Origin: a virus
Lineage: Duplodnaviria; Caudoviricetes
IMG/VR virus record: IMGVR_UViG_3300035390_000014
Location: 64,001-128,000 of that record
Length of the DNA: 64,000 nt
Strand: one strand, 5' to 3'
A program made the translations under genes and the position numbers. The notes under the pieces are model-generated. The model was not told the DNA's origin and did not search any database. It saw nothing but the letters and a program-made list of their open reading frames with translations. Of this stretch, positions 1-10,136 are shown piece after piece (the first letter of the stretch is position 1; the number at the start of each line of letters is the position of its first letter).

Positions 1-483
1 ATCTTCTGGTTGCATTCTTTCATACTCTATAGTACAATTCCCACTAGTTGGAGCTGGAGATATTCTAACTATGTTAGGAGTTCTAAATTCAAAAGTTTTA
101 TCCCAATTTGAAAACATTTTTAATTGTCCAGCCATTTCTGTAGCTAAAGCCCAATCTCTAATTTCAAAATGAGACATTGGCCCCATTATCGGTGCTCCAT
201 TTATTAATTCATCCCCACCATCAAAATAAATATCAATAACATTTAAAATTTCAATATTATCAGGATCTTTAATATAAAATTCATTTTGAATATTAGGAAC
301 TTTGTAATTACAATTTGAAAAACATAATGGAACTTTATTAACAGATGGTACATACTCAGAAAATTCTCTAAGCGTATAAGTTACAAATCGTTGAATTATT
401 TGTTTATCATCTAGTTCTACGTGAACATGTGGAAAACCTAAATGATCTTTTATATATCCAAGAACTCTTGAATGATTTAGCAT
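1..483 (-). CDS. T4 gp13-like neck/head-completion protein (runs off the window edge)
   Basis: Hand translation from ATG 483: MLNHSRVLGYIKDHLGFPHVHVELDDKQIIQRFVTYTLREFSEYVP..., resembling the gp13 N-terminus (LGAPIINVELTPDQI...ALELYGEY); AGGAG RBS upstream; open to base 1. Confidence 0.6.
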   Translation of the reverse strand, partial: MLNHSRVLGYIKDHLGFPHVHVELDDKQIIQRFVTYTLREFSEYVPSVNKVPLCFSNCNYKVPNIQNEFYIKDPDNIEILNVIDIYFDGGDELINGAPIMGPMSHFEIRDWALATEMAGQLKMFSNWDKTFEFRTPNIVRISPAPTSGNCTIEYERMQPED

Positions 484-494
484 AACATTCTCCT

Positions 495-1637
495 TTATGT
501 ATATACTATATCGAGGTCTTCTCCTAAAATTTCAACGTTGTTTTTCTCAAGTGCTGATCTCATTGCTTCTAATGAAACAGATTCGTTTTTCTCCATTATT
601 CCTTCAAATCTCTTTTTTCTTCCTAACATTTCAGTTGTGTCTGGGTCGTCAAAAACTCTCGATAATATTTCAAAAGATACTAGTTTGAGATTGTTAGAAA
701 TCAACTTTTCATTACGTTCTGCATCCAGTATCTTATTTATATGTTTGTTCTTATAATCAACCGATGTATCAAAGATTGGTCTGTTCTTTAAAACATTTTC
801 ATTTAATTCGTCCATAGTACCAACCATTTTCTTTAACATTGGAAAAATCTTTAAAAATGTAACACCTCCAATTCCCTTAATTCCAAATACATCATCTCCT
901 GGATCACCCATTATAGCAATAGCTAATGGTTGATATTCATCATCACCAATCCAAGGTTTTTTAGTTTGTTTTGTCATCCCTTCACCAGGTTTAACAATTG
1001 ATTTACCTTGTGAAGTTTTAACAAAATTAAATGAATGTTCACTTAAATTTTGAGACATATCGTGATCATTTGAATAGGTAATATTACCAACATTTGAATC
1101 TGTAGTTATGTCATCAGTTGAATCTACATAATTTCTTGTCATTAGATAATATGGAACAAAATCAGCTTCAAGATTTAATAATCTAATTACTTTAACATCC
1201 GGCATTTTGTTAAAAGCTTTTTCAATAAATCCCAAATTTTGTCTTAATACTTCAAAAAATAATTCTCTATCAACTGCGTCTAAACCATATAAATCATCAA
1301 TACGTCTTGAGATTTTATATTTTTTACTAATATTATTATGATAATATGATTTACCGCTTTCAAAAAATACATAGAAATTTATTTTAATATTTCTTTTTGC
1401 TGCATATGTTTTATGAAATGATATAAAAGATAACAATGAAGTGAATATAGATGTGTCATGTCTATTAGCCATTTTTGTTGATTCAATTAAATTAACAATA
1501 GCATGTTCCATATAAACGGATTGTAAACAATTTTTTAAATCCACATAAATATTCAATGTATTATAATTTTTATATGATACTATTTCATCGAGAATCGAAT
1601 ATGTTGGGTAGTATGAAAGCAGCGAGGCGACTGACAT
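495..1637 (-). CDS. 5'-3' exonuclease / T4 RNase H-like (FEN/PIN + H3TH)
   Basis: EADFV and MGDPGDDVFGIKGIG helix-3-turn-helix motifs. Confidence 0.8.
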   Translation of the reverse strand: MSVASLLSYYPTYSILDEIVSYKNYNTLNIYVDLKNCLQSVYMEHAIVNLIESTKMANRHDTSIFTSLLSFISFHKTYAAKRNIKINFYVFFESGKSYYHNNISKKYKISRRIDDLYGLDAVDRELFFEVLRQNLGFIEKAFNKMPDVKVIRLLNLEADFVPYYLMTRNYVDSTDDITTDSNVGNITYSNDHDMSQNLSEHSFNFVKTSQGKSIVKPGEGMTKQTKKPWIGDDEYQPLAIAIMGDPGDDVFGIKGIGGVTFLKIFPMLKKMVGTMDELNENVLKNRPIFDTSVDYKNKHINKILDAERNEKLISNNLKLVSFEILSRVFDDPDTTEMLGRKKRFEGIMEKNESVSLEAMRSALEKNNVEILGEDLDIVYT

Positions 1638-1638
1638 T

Positions 1639-2694
1639 TTATATCTCCTTTAATAATTCATTTAATCTAATAGAAGAATTTTTACTTTTACTTCTATTTT
1701 CACAATCTTTTAAAATTTCTAAATTTTTCCAATGCCCAATTATTTTATGGTCAATATTATTTTTAAATCCATCATATATAGAATATTTATGATCTAAATC
1801 ATAGCCAAATTCACGACCTCTTAACTCAAAATTTTTAATTTTATGACCATATTTTTGGATAGAATTGTATGTTGATTTATAAACCAAATTTATATAATTA
1901 TTATATTCATTAGATATATTTGGGTCAGAATGTAAATTAAATAATTCACATTCTTGTTTGCATTCGTCACAACAATAAAAATATGATGTATTATTATTTA
2001 ATCCTGTAATACGTTGTTCAATTTCTCTTTTTTCTGGAGTAAACCAACCACCTTGTTCTTTTGAATTAGAACAATTGTTATTTTTACAATGAACTTGTAT
2101 TTCTTTTTCACCCGGTTTGTCAGGATTATATCTCATTTCTTCAACTTTAGTTAATATTGGGTGTTTTCTTTTTAATTTTTCTATAGTTCTTTTTTTAGAG
2201 TTAATTCTATGATTTCTTTTTTCATCTGATTCATTATCAAAATATTTTTTAGAACCAAGTTTAGCTTTTTTAATTCTTAAATTGCGTTCTTCAATGGTTT
2301 CATTTTTAAATCTTTTTAATGAAGCTTTAGAGCAGTTTTTTCTTTTAATATAATTTTTTTTCATTAAAGGTATTATTTTTTCTCTAAATTTATTATCAGA
2401 CCACATTTTAATTGAATTGATTCTTTGTTTTTCTAAAAATTCTGGAGTATTACATGTTTCTTTTAATTTTTTAATTCTCTGATTTTTTTGTTCTTCAGTT
2501 TCATTAGCTAATTGTCTTAACGTATTTTTTCTAGCTTTTTCTTTAAATTCTTTTGTGTTATGAGTTTCTTTTGATTTAATACTAGTTTCTTTTCTTTTAA
2601 TTGGACATTGTTGCCAAAATTCACAACATGTATATTTACCACTTTTATTTTTAAATTTTCCTTCTTGCCCACAACCATATATACATAATTCCAT
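1639..2694 (-). CDS. Modular HNH-type homing endonuclease
   Basis: N-terminal CxYGCG..CC Zn module, basic repeats, Cys-rich IQVHCKN...GWFTP domain, C-terminal DHKYSI...N...N nuclease motif. Confidence 0.7.
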   Translation of the reverse strand: MELCIYGCGQEGKFKNKSGKYTCCEFWQQCPIKRKETSIKSKETHNTKEFKEKARKNTLRQLANETEEQKNQRIKKLKETCNTPEFLEKQRINSIKMWSDNKFREKIIPLMKKNYIKRKNCSKASLKRFKNETIEERNLRIKKAKLGSKKYFDNESDEKRNHRINSKKRTIEKLKRKHPILTKVEEMRYNPDKPGEKEIQVHCKNNNCSNSKEQGGWFTPEKREIEQRITGLNNNTSYFYCCDECKQECELFNLHSDPNISNEYNNYINLVYKSTYNSIQKYGHKIKNFELRGREFGYDLDHKYSIYDGFKNNIDHKIIGHWKNLEILKDCENRSKSKNSSIRLNELLKEI

Positions 2695-2753
2695 ATCATA
2701 TTTCCTTTTTTATAATATGTTCTAAATATAAGTAAGTATTGGTGTAGGATGCA

Positions 2754-3086
2754 TTATTCTTCTCCAAACATATTTATTTCAACTTCTGCAGTTACTGTAT
2801 CGCCAACATTTACATATTGACCAGCATTAAAATTCTTTTTTCTTCTTATATCCATCTCTGGCACACACCATTCAAGATATTGAAGATCACAATCTTTTTG
2901 AACTGAAGCTTCAATTTCACAACTAATACCTTTAGCATTTATTGGAAACATTGATTCTCCTATAAGTTGACCACATATAAAAATTTGGAGATTAGTTTCA
3001 TGAACTTTATCATTTAATATAAACCAATCTCTAAAATCTTCATATTTTCTTTTTATATCAAATTCGCACTTTATAACATTTAACAT
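2754..3086 (-). CDS. Hypothetical protein
   Basis: 110-aa ORF with GAGGTG RBS. Confidence 0.6.
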   Translation of the reverse strand: MLNVIKCEFDIKRKYEDFRDWFILNDKVHETNLQIFICGQLIGESMFPINAKGISCEIEASVQKDCDLQYLEWCVPEMDIRRKKNFNAGQYVNVGDTVTAEVEINMFGEE

Positions 3087-3098
3087 AATTCACCTCAA

Positions 3099-3132
3099 TA
3101 TTAAGGGGGATAAATTAATACCCCCCTTAATA
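3099..3132. terminator. Hairpin, probable intrinsic terminator
   Basis: TATTAAGGGGG...CCCCCTTAATA inverted repeat between two genes. Confidence 0.5.
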
Positions 3133-3138
3133 ATATAG

Positions 3139-3891
3139 TTATTCCTCTATCAAACTGCTTCTACCATAGATAGAAATATCAATATCACCAATAGCAGTTT
3201 TAAAAGTATTTGAGCAAATCTGTTCTTGATAATTATACATTTTCAATTCAATTTTTCCATCATGGTCAATAATAAATGGAGTATTAGTCAAACTACTAGT
3301 ACATTCCATTGGACGTTCTAGAGTAATAGCAGATAGAATTTTAGCACTTTGATCATGCCCCTGAGTTTCCATAGTAATAGAAGCTACTTCATTCTCAAAT
3401 GAAATTTGTGTTGAATTTACATTGAAACTCTGAGCAATAATCCTCATTCTGTCTGAGATATTTAGCTCTATATCAGTTGCTAGAATTACATCTTCTTCAT
3501 TCAATGTAAAAATATGCTCAAGTTCCTCGGATGTAATAAACCTATTATCCATGTATTCAAGCTCTGGGCCTTGAAATTTAATAGAAGAATATTCATCTGA
3601 AAAAGTAAAATTTCCATCATCATCTACAACAATATCAATGGTTTGACTCTGAGTCGAACTTTGACTCAAGAAGATTTTTAACAAATCTAATTTTTGTTTT
3701 AGGTTAACCAATGGTACATCAAGTGTATCAATAATTGGAGTCATATCAATTTCAAATACATTGGCATTATCATTAGTTCTCTGTCTCAGGATTCCACCAT
3801 GAATGTCTGCATCATTGCAAACATCTTTTAAAATTGACAAACATCTCAAGAATTGTTCATAATTCTCCATACTCATATTCACTTGTTCCAT
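3139..3891 (-). CDS. Probable DNA polymerase sliding clamp (gp45/PCNA-like)
   Basis: 250 aa, acidic, beta-rich pattern, near primase and clamp loader; no diagnostic motif. Confidence 0.45.
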   Translation of the reverse strand: MEQVNMSMENYEQFLRCLSILKDVCNDADIHGGILRQRTNDNANVFEIDMTPIIDTLDVPLVNLKQKLDLLKIFLSQSSTQSQTIDIVVDDDGNFTFSDEYSSIKFQGPELEYMDNRFITSEELEHIFTLNEEDVILATDIELNISDRMRIIAQSFNVNSTQISFENEVASITMETQGHDQSAKILSAITLERPMECTSSLTNTPFIIDHDGKIELKMYNYQEQICSNTFKTAIGDIDISIYGRSSLIEE

Positions 3892-3904
3892 GTTTCTTTT
3901 CTCC

Positions 3905-4291
3905 TTAGTTACCGTTATTTAATTTTTTAACAATTGTTACATAAATAAATTTATCATCTTTTATTTCTTTAGATTTTATATAATCCAAAGTAATAAATAC
4001 ACTTTCACCTAATTCAACTATATCCATAACTTTATCTGCTATAAATTTTGTACTCGATTCTTCACCATTCGGTATCGAAAATATAATTAATATAGAATCG
4101 GTTTTTTCATGGGTATAATTAAACATACATGTATTTAACCCTAAAAACTTATACAATTTTTCTTGGGCAGTTGCCTTACAAAATAAACCAAAATAATCTA
4201 AATTTTTTAGATTGCCTGAATATTGTATATCAACATTTTCAATGGTTGCTTCAAATGCTTCTCTAAATTTTTGCTCTAGTTTTTTATTCAT
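3905..4291 (-). CDS. Hypothetical protein
   Basis: 128-aa ORF with RBS in the replication operon. Confidence 0.6.
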   Translation of the reverse strand: MNKKLEQKFREAFEATIENVDIQYSGNLKNLDYFGLFCKATAQEKLYKFLGLNTCMFNYTHEKTDSILIIFSIPNGEESSTKFIADKVMDIVELGESVFITLDYIKSKEIKDDKFIYVTIVKKLNNGN

Positions 4292-4302
4292 ATTTCCCTC
4301 TT

Positions 4303-5292
4303 TTAGCTTAAAATATTTGTACAGCTTATATTAATTGGAGTATCATTAAAATCTTTACCTGTTTTGTTATAATAAACATGTAAGGATTTAATTATGTGTT
4401 TATTATATTTCATAATTTTTTCATAGTAACTTATCGGTATTTCTCTATCTGAAAGAATATGTATTGTAGGTCTAAATATTAATTCATTGAAAATAACGCT
4501 TTTAATAGCTGCTACATATGAAGTTGATAATGCTGCTATATAAGCTCTTACTTTATTTTTTATACCTAATACATCATATATATGTTCCGCATATATATCA
4601 AATATTCCCTCTGCCATTATTATATGATTTGAATCTCTTCTATTTCCAAATAATTTATAATAGTCTAAAAGCTGGGAAGGTTGTAAATCTAATTTATAAT
4701 ATCTAAAATTTGATGTTCCATCTATATTTCTCAATGACACGCATGAATTATTTTCAGTTAAAAATCCAACAAAATTTGTATGCAAATAATCTTTAAATCT
4801 TATAACTTTTTCTGGTAATTGAATATTATTAATTTTTAATAATTCATTTACATCAAATACTAAACCTGGTACTGTTGATAGAGGTATATTAGCAAATTTA
4901 AATCTTTGTTTGATATATAAGGCTTTTAATTTAAAATAATCCTCTCTTAAGTCTGGTAAGGTTATATCTTTTGGTTTATAAATATTTTTTTCAAATTTTA
5001 CTTTTTCTACTTTAAAATGTTTAACTTGCTCCTGATTAACATATTTTATAGAAGTATCATTACCTTCTATTTTTTCTGTTAATTTTCTTATTAAACCACT
5101 TTGATTACACCCACCTCTAAAACAATGAAATATTGGATCATGTAGAGATATCCATAAATGACTTTTACTACTTGACATAGTTTTATCACACCAAGGACAA
5201 GGAACAATAATATTTTTAGGATTCATTTTAACTGGACCTAAATTTTGCTCCAAATAATCTATAAATCCATCATTATATATTCCTACTGTCAT
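4303..5292 (-). CDS. DNA primase (gp61/DnaG-like)
   Basis: CPWCD...HCFRGGC Zn ribbon, TOPRIM EGIFD and SDRE acidic motifs. Confidence 0.8.
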   Translation of the reverse strand: MTVGIYNDGFIDYLEQNLGPVKMNPKNIIVPCPWCDKTMSSSKSHLWISLHDPIFHCFRGGCNQSGLIRKLTEKIEGNDTSIKYVNQEQVKHFKVEKVKFEKNIYKPKDITLPDLREDYFKLKALYIKQRFKFANIPLSTVPGLVFDVNELLKINNIQLPEKVIRFKDYLHTNFVGFLTENNSCVSLRNIDGTSNFRYYKLDLQPSQLLDYYKLFGNRRDSNHIIMAEGIFDIYAEHIYDVLGIKNKVRAYIAALSTSYVAAIKSVIFNELIFRPTIHILSDREIPISYYEKIMKYNKHIIKSLHVYYNKTGKDFNDTPINISCTNILS

Positions 5293-5342
5293 TTAATTAT
5301 CCTTTTTTTAAATGTATAACCATACATTACAAATGAGTGATT

Positions 5343-5528
5343 TCAACCAATACAATCAATTATATATTCAGAAAATGCCTGTCTAACATTGAATTTATTA
5401 TTTGTTCCACAATCAGGACAAATATTCTTAATTAAATGTTCAGTAGTTCCAAGACGAGATCTAGCATAAACTTTATCACATATCTCAGAACATATTGGTT
5501 TAACCAAACATTCTCTACATGGATACAT
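5343..5528 (-). CDS. Small Cys-rich protein
   Basis: CxxC..C...C and CPDC motifs. Confidence 0.45.
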   Translation of the reverse strand: MYPCRECLVKPICSEICDKVYARSRLGTTEHLIKNICPDCGTNNKFNVRQAFSEYIIDCIG

Positions 5529-5800
5529 TAGCTTTCAATATAACCTTCTGCTAGTTTAGTACATCTAACAATCATCCATTTAAAGAAAGTTTCTGAATCT
5601 TTAATATCTTTCATTTTAATTTGAGAATACATAATATCTTTCATTGGTCTAAAAAAAAGATCAAAATTTAATGTTTCCCCTGATGGAGATTCTACTTTTT
5701 TCATTGGACAACCACCTGCTACTGGAGGATGTGAAAAACCACATTCTGGACATATTCCTTGACTCATACCCATTCCACTATTACCTTGTTCATTACCCAT
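5528..5800 (-). CDS. Small Zn-finger protein
   Basis: CPECGFSHPP..C motif. Confidence 0.55.
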   Translation of the reverse strand: MGNEQGNSGMGMSQGICPECGFSHPPVAGGCPMKKVESPSGETLNFDLFFRPMKDIMYSQIKMKDIKDSETFFKWMIVRCTKLAEGYIES

Positions 5801-5844
5801 TTTTAGCTCCTATATGTTTTAATTCTATTTAACAAATTTATCAG

Positions 5845-6171
5845 TCAACCACCTGATCTCATATATTGAATCCAATCTAAAACTCCAGTACCATTACAAG
5901 TAGTACATACTTTTTCATACCCTCCACCTCCACCACATTTTGGACATAACTTCATAGTTACTGTTTCTTCCCATTCTAAATAACCAATACCTTTGCATTT
6001 ATCACAAAATGAATGTCCATCCCATGATGAATCACCAAGACTATTATGATGAACATTTTTAAGTCCAGTACCACTACATTCATCACATAAACGTAGTCCT
6101 TTATGGAAATGTGTTTTTATAACTTCTCTTTTTCTATTCGACTTTAATTGCTCGCTCGGGGATAGGTACAT
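5845..6171 (-). CDS. DnaJ-type CxxCxGxG zinc-finger protein
   Basis: Four CxxCxGxG repeats, ends G-V-L-D-W-I. Confidence 0.7.
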   Translation of the reverse strand: MYLSPSEQLKSNRKREVIKTHFHKGLRLCDECSGTGLKNVHHNSLGDSSWDGHSFCDKCKGIGYLEWEETVTMKLCPKCGGGGGYEKVCTTCNGTGVLDWIQYMRSGG

Positions 6172-6307
6172 TTTTAATTGCCTCCACAGAATCTTTTAGA
6201 ATCTGATTAAATCCGACTTCCATCAATAATCTTGCTTCTTCTGATTCTAAATCCATTGTTACTATTGCTGAACCATCTGGTTGTTCTATTATATCTATAA
6301 TTTTCAT
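6134..6307 (-). CDS. Small hypothetical protein (57 aa, not in ORF track)
   Basis: Hand translation MKIIDIIEQPDGSAIVTMDLESEEARLLMEVG...; GAGGTG RBS. Confidence 0.5.
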   Translation of the reverse strand: MKIIDIIEQPDGSAIVTMDLESEEARLLMEVGFNQILKDSVEAIKNVPIPERAIKVE

Positions 6308-6311
6308 TTTA

Positions 6312-7295
6312 TCACCTCTTTAAATTTGCAAAATATTGAGTTGCGGATTGAATCATCTCAAATATCATAGATGATACATGCATTGACGGAACTAAACATG
6401 TGAGATGATCTCTTGATGCTTTATTAATTATAATTTTGGCAGGAACAGGAATTGATTTATGTTTAAATAAAGCTTCATATATATTTCCATATTCTAAATC
6501 AGGTTTATCAAGTAAAGTAATAACATTACCCATCTCTTTATTAATTTTTGCTGGAGTCCCTGCTTTAATATAATTCATTATTTCTACAATAGAACCAATT
6601 AAAGCTTTTTCAGTTGTTAAAGCAATATCTTTATTAATAAGTAATTTACCAGTGTTAGTATTACGTTGCAGTGTATTAACAATCTTTCTAACATCTGGAT
6701 ATAAATTTTCAACTACAAATCTAATATCTTCATCTGTATATTCAATATTTTCTTCTTTTAAGATTTTAGAAGCATATGCTTCAACATAGTCCATAGGTAT
6801 CTGTTTGAAAACAAACGGTGTGAACCGACTCTGGACGGGGTCTGGGACCTTACTTAAGTAGTTACAGGTTCCAATAAATCTTCCATATCGTGTTTGATAT
6901 TTTTCAATAACTCCACGTAAAGACTTGAACGAATCCAGTGTAAGGTTATCAATTTCGTCAATAAAAACGATTTTATAGCGATCATCTCCAGCGGGTGGAA
7001 CTTTCAAAAAGGGTTCTATTACCTCTTGGACAAAATTTATTGATCTTGCTTCTCTTGAAGAACCATTTGCTTCTAAAAGATTTGATTTTGGCGTATTAAG
7101 AACCCCTTGTGGAGAGCATATGATCCTAGCCAGAGTTGTTTTGCCCCCACCAGCCGGGCCAGAAAGTAGCATATTAGGAATGTCTCCTTTTCCAACAAAC
7201 ATCTCAATTTCGTCTTTATAGTTCTGAGGGAGTACCATATCACCAACCGTCTTTGGGCGCCAGCGCTCAACCCATAAATTACTCTCAATTTTCAT
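6312..7295 (-). CDS. Clamp loader subunit, RFC small subunit / gp44-like AAA+ ATPase
   Basis: LWVERWRP, Walker A GPAGGGKT, Walker B FIDEID, SRF motif. Confidence 0.93.
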   Translation of the reverse strand: MKIESNLWVERWRPKTVGDMVLPQNYKDEIEMFVGKGDIPNMLLSGPAGGGKTTLARIICSPQGVLNTPKSNLLEANGSSREARSINFVQEVIEPFLKVPPAGDDRYKIVFIDEIDNLTLDSFKSLRGVIEKYQTRYGRFIGTCNYLSKVPDPVQSRFTPFVFKQIPMDYVEAYASKILKEENIEYTDEDIRFVVENLYPDVRKIVNTLQRNTNTGKLLINKDIALTTEKALIGSIVEIMNYIKAGTPAKINKEMGNVITLLDKPDLEYGNIYEALFKHKSIPVPAKIIINKASRDHLTCLVPSMHVSSMIFEMIQSATQYFANLKR

Positions 7296-7362
7296 TCTTT
7301 ATTCTCCATTCTCTAATTAACTTTTATCCTTTATAATATGTTCCTACTTGTCAAAATAGTTT

Positions 7363-8369
7363 CTAATTACAAATTTTATTTGCTAAATTTCCTGTGGAAC
7401 ATTCTGTTCCGGTTTCATGTCCATATTTGTAGTGACATTTTTCACAACAAGCAATACCAAAATCAGGATCTAAAACAAAACCAGGTTCTAATTTTTGTGG
7501 GCGAGAATGATGTGCATTTGTTGCAGGTTCTCCACAATATTCACATAAATAATTAGCTCGTTTTAATACAGTTGTTCTCCAAGTTTGATATTCTTCATAT
7601 GTATATAATTTATCAATGTTTTTATTAGGATCACTTTTTAAATGAAATAGAGGACATTCTATTTTACATCCTTCTGAACAATATAAATAACACCCACCAT
7701 TCCCTTTTTCAATTTGTCTTATTCTTTCGTAAAATTGAATTCCAGTTGGTGTAAACCAACCATTTTTTTCTTTTGAATTTTGACATAAATGATTTTTACA
7801 ATGAACTTGTATTATCTTTTCATTTTCTTTACCTGGTTTATATCTCATCTTTTCAACTTTAGAAAATGTTGGATATCGTTCTTTAATTTGATTTATTGTT
7901 ATTTTTTGTGATATTCTATTTTTCTCTAAAACTTCTTTAGAATAAATATTAGTCTTTCCCTTATTCCATGGTATATTTCCAATTAAAGATTTAGATATTT
8001 TTTTCTTGTTTTATTTGTATGAGTTTTTTTATAAAAAGGATTTTTATCTCCAACCATTAATCCTTTGTGAGATATACTTAATTTTTTCCTATGTTCTTCG
8101 GAAAATATTTTACCTTTACTAGATTCTGACATCTTTTTTCTAACTTCATAAGAAAGAGTTTTTCCTTTCATTACAGAAGGTCTTCCTTTCCCAGATTCAC
8201 TCATTTTCTTCTTAGTTTCTTTGGAATGTTTATATCCTATAGATCCAGTTGCTTTTATCTTTGAATTTAGCCGACAAACTGGACATTTAGAATAATGAGA
8301 TGAACAACACCACCTACCATTCTTGAATTGATATTTTGCTTCTTTACCACAACCATATTCACATATCAT
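7363..8369 (-). CDS. HNH homing endonuclease split by a one-base frame discontinuity (track ORFs 7983-8369 and 7363-7848)
   Basis: Downstream frame is open from 8010 to 7363; a -1 shift at the A7 run (7998-8004) gives continuous RKKISKSLIGNIPWNKGK...KVEKMRYKP, matching the paralog at 1639-2694; about 335 aa fused. Confidence 0.75.
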
Positions 8370-8397
8370 AATTTAGACCACCAACTTCCTATTAATT

Positions 8398-8864
8398 TTA
8401 AATAATAAAAAAATCAAATTTTTCTTTTTCAGAATTATTAACATTATTATTATTATTATTATTACCATTTATTTCAGTATAATTTTTAATATAATTATTA
8501 ATAGTATTATTATTAACTATAGATGATGCTAAATCAGTATCAGAATTTATCATAGGAAAAATTGGTTCTTTTTGAAGTGTTTCAGATATATTTCTTAGTT
8601 TGTTAAATTTTAATAATTCTTCATGAAACCCAGGATATAATTTTTTAGCAGCTTCCTTTAAACCAGGATATGCTTCTTCATCGCTAATTTCTCCATTTTT
8701 ATATTTTTTTAATACAACACATCTATCAAATATTTTTTAATTTCTTTTTTATCACGTTTAAGTTCATAATTATCTAATAAAAAACCTTCAAGTGAATAAT
8801 TATCAGTTTCTTCTAAATATTTTTCTACACATTTTATTGCTTCTATATCTAATATTCTAGCCAT
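8398..8864 (-). CDS. Hypothetical protein, apparently frameshifted, with poly-Asn tract
   Basis: ATG 8864 ORF stops at 8709; a second frame is open 8736-8398; they join by -1 at an A6 run (8733-8738). Confidence 0.35.
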
Positions 8865-8924
8865 AATTATACTTCCTTTAAGTTATTTTATAATATGTTA
8901 CTTATTTACAAAAAAAATTACAAA

Positions 8925-8963
8925 AAAAATGTAACCCCATACCAATTCAGGGGTTACATTTTT
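8925..8963. terminator. Intrinsic terminator
   Basis: AAAAATGTAACCCC / GGGGTTACATTTTT inverted repeat with U tracts both ways. Confidence 0.75.
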
Positions 8964-9041
8964 ATTGAGTCTACCTAAGGTTGATCATTCCTTATCCCAA
9001 CCACGCGTCTTTAGACGATTCACCACCTCGACTCAAATTTG

Positions 9042-9236
9042 TTACTTGAGCATCAACAATCTCCGATGCCGTTCAATCCCCTTCATCTTAAACATTGGAT
9101 CATGACTCTGTGCCCAGGCATCAAGAACTGCTTTATCAGTTGAACCAATTTTCAACATACCAAATCCACGAGCTTTTTTAGCGGATTGCCTTTTTTGGTT
9201 CGGGGTTCCTTCAACAAATTTTACACCGTCTCTCAT
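9042..9236 (-). CDS. Small basic hypothetical protein
   Basis: 64-aa ORF, GGAGA RBS, overlaps the upstream stop. Confidence 0.55.
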   Translation of the reverse strand: MRDGVKFVEGTPNQKRQSAKKARGFGMLKIGSTDKAVLDAWAQSHDPMFKMKGIERHRRLLMLK

Positions 9237-9667
9237 TACTTCATCTCCTTTTTAATGATTTGAATTTCAACTATCATTTCTCTCGGGTAAACATTAACAC
9301 CTTTCAATGATCTAAAAATAAATGATGCATCATTAGAACATTGAAACCATTCTAAATAATCTTCAAATGCTAAAAAACCATTATAATCTTTAGTGTCAGG
9401 TTCGACTGTTGTTATTGTAGAAGTTGTTCCTCCTATAAATGTTGTAATACATTCCCAATGATATTTCTTGGTCTTCTTTTTAATAGGTTTAACTGGCGGC
9501 ATCTTCATTGGTTTAACCGGTGGTAATATCGGTTTTGGTCTATCTGGCATTTCAATATACTTACTTAATTTACCAGTTCTAAAAAATTCAACCCAACTTG
9601 TCCTCACTTTCTTTTTCATTATATACCTCTCACCCCAAACAAATAATTCCAGGTTAAAAACAAACAA
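9236..9667 (-). CDS. Hypothetical protein with Pro/Lys-rich linker
   Basis: ORF track; true start probably at MKKK. Confidence 0.55.
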   Translation of the reverse strand: MFVFNLELFVWGERYIMKKKVRTSWVEFFRTGKLSKYIEMPDRPKPILPPVKPMKMPPVKPIKKKTKKYHWECITTFIGGTTSTITTVEPDTKDYNGFLAFEDYLEWFQCSNDASFIFRSLKGVNVYPREMIVEIQIIKKEMK

Positions 9668-9963
9668 CTAAAATGAATTGCCTGATCCCAACCAATCACA
9701 ACAAAGAACCAATGAACTTCTTTCTTTTCCCACAAATAATGAGTAAGTTTGGATGATATAAAATCTACTATAAAATGTGCTCCAATTGTTATCATAGCAA
9801 ATTCTATTCCAAAGTAAAGAAATGGAATTCCATAAACACAACAATGTAACCCTAACCAAAATAAATTATTATGTTTAGATTTAGACATTTTATTTGATTG
9901 CAAAACAAAATCACCAAGAAAATGTAACCACAAAATTAAAAATATAACATTCAAAATAATCAT
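9619..9963 (-). CDS. DUF3307-like membrane protein
   Basis: HFLGDFVLQ, LHC, AHFIVDF and DQAIH motifs. Confidence 0.8.
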   Translation of the reverse strand: MIILNVIFLILWLHFLGDFVLQSNKMSKSKHNNLFWLGLHCCVYGIPFLYFGIEFAMITIGAHFIVDFISSKLTHYLWEKKEVHWFFVVIGWDQAIHFSCLFLTWNYLFGVRGI

Positions 9964-10136
9964 ATAAATCCTCTAACACATAAATATGGAATTCCAAAAG
10001 CAAAAAACATTGATAAAGCTAAAGCAATCCCAATTAGAATCCAAGCAATTTTCCATTTATCTTTATTCATAAAATATACAGATATAAATACCAATCCAAT
10101 AATAAAATAAGATATACAAAGAGTAATACCCATACG

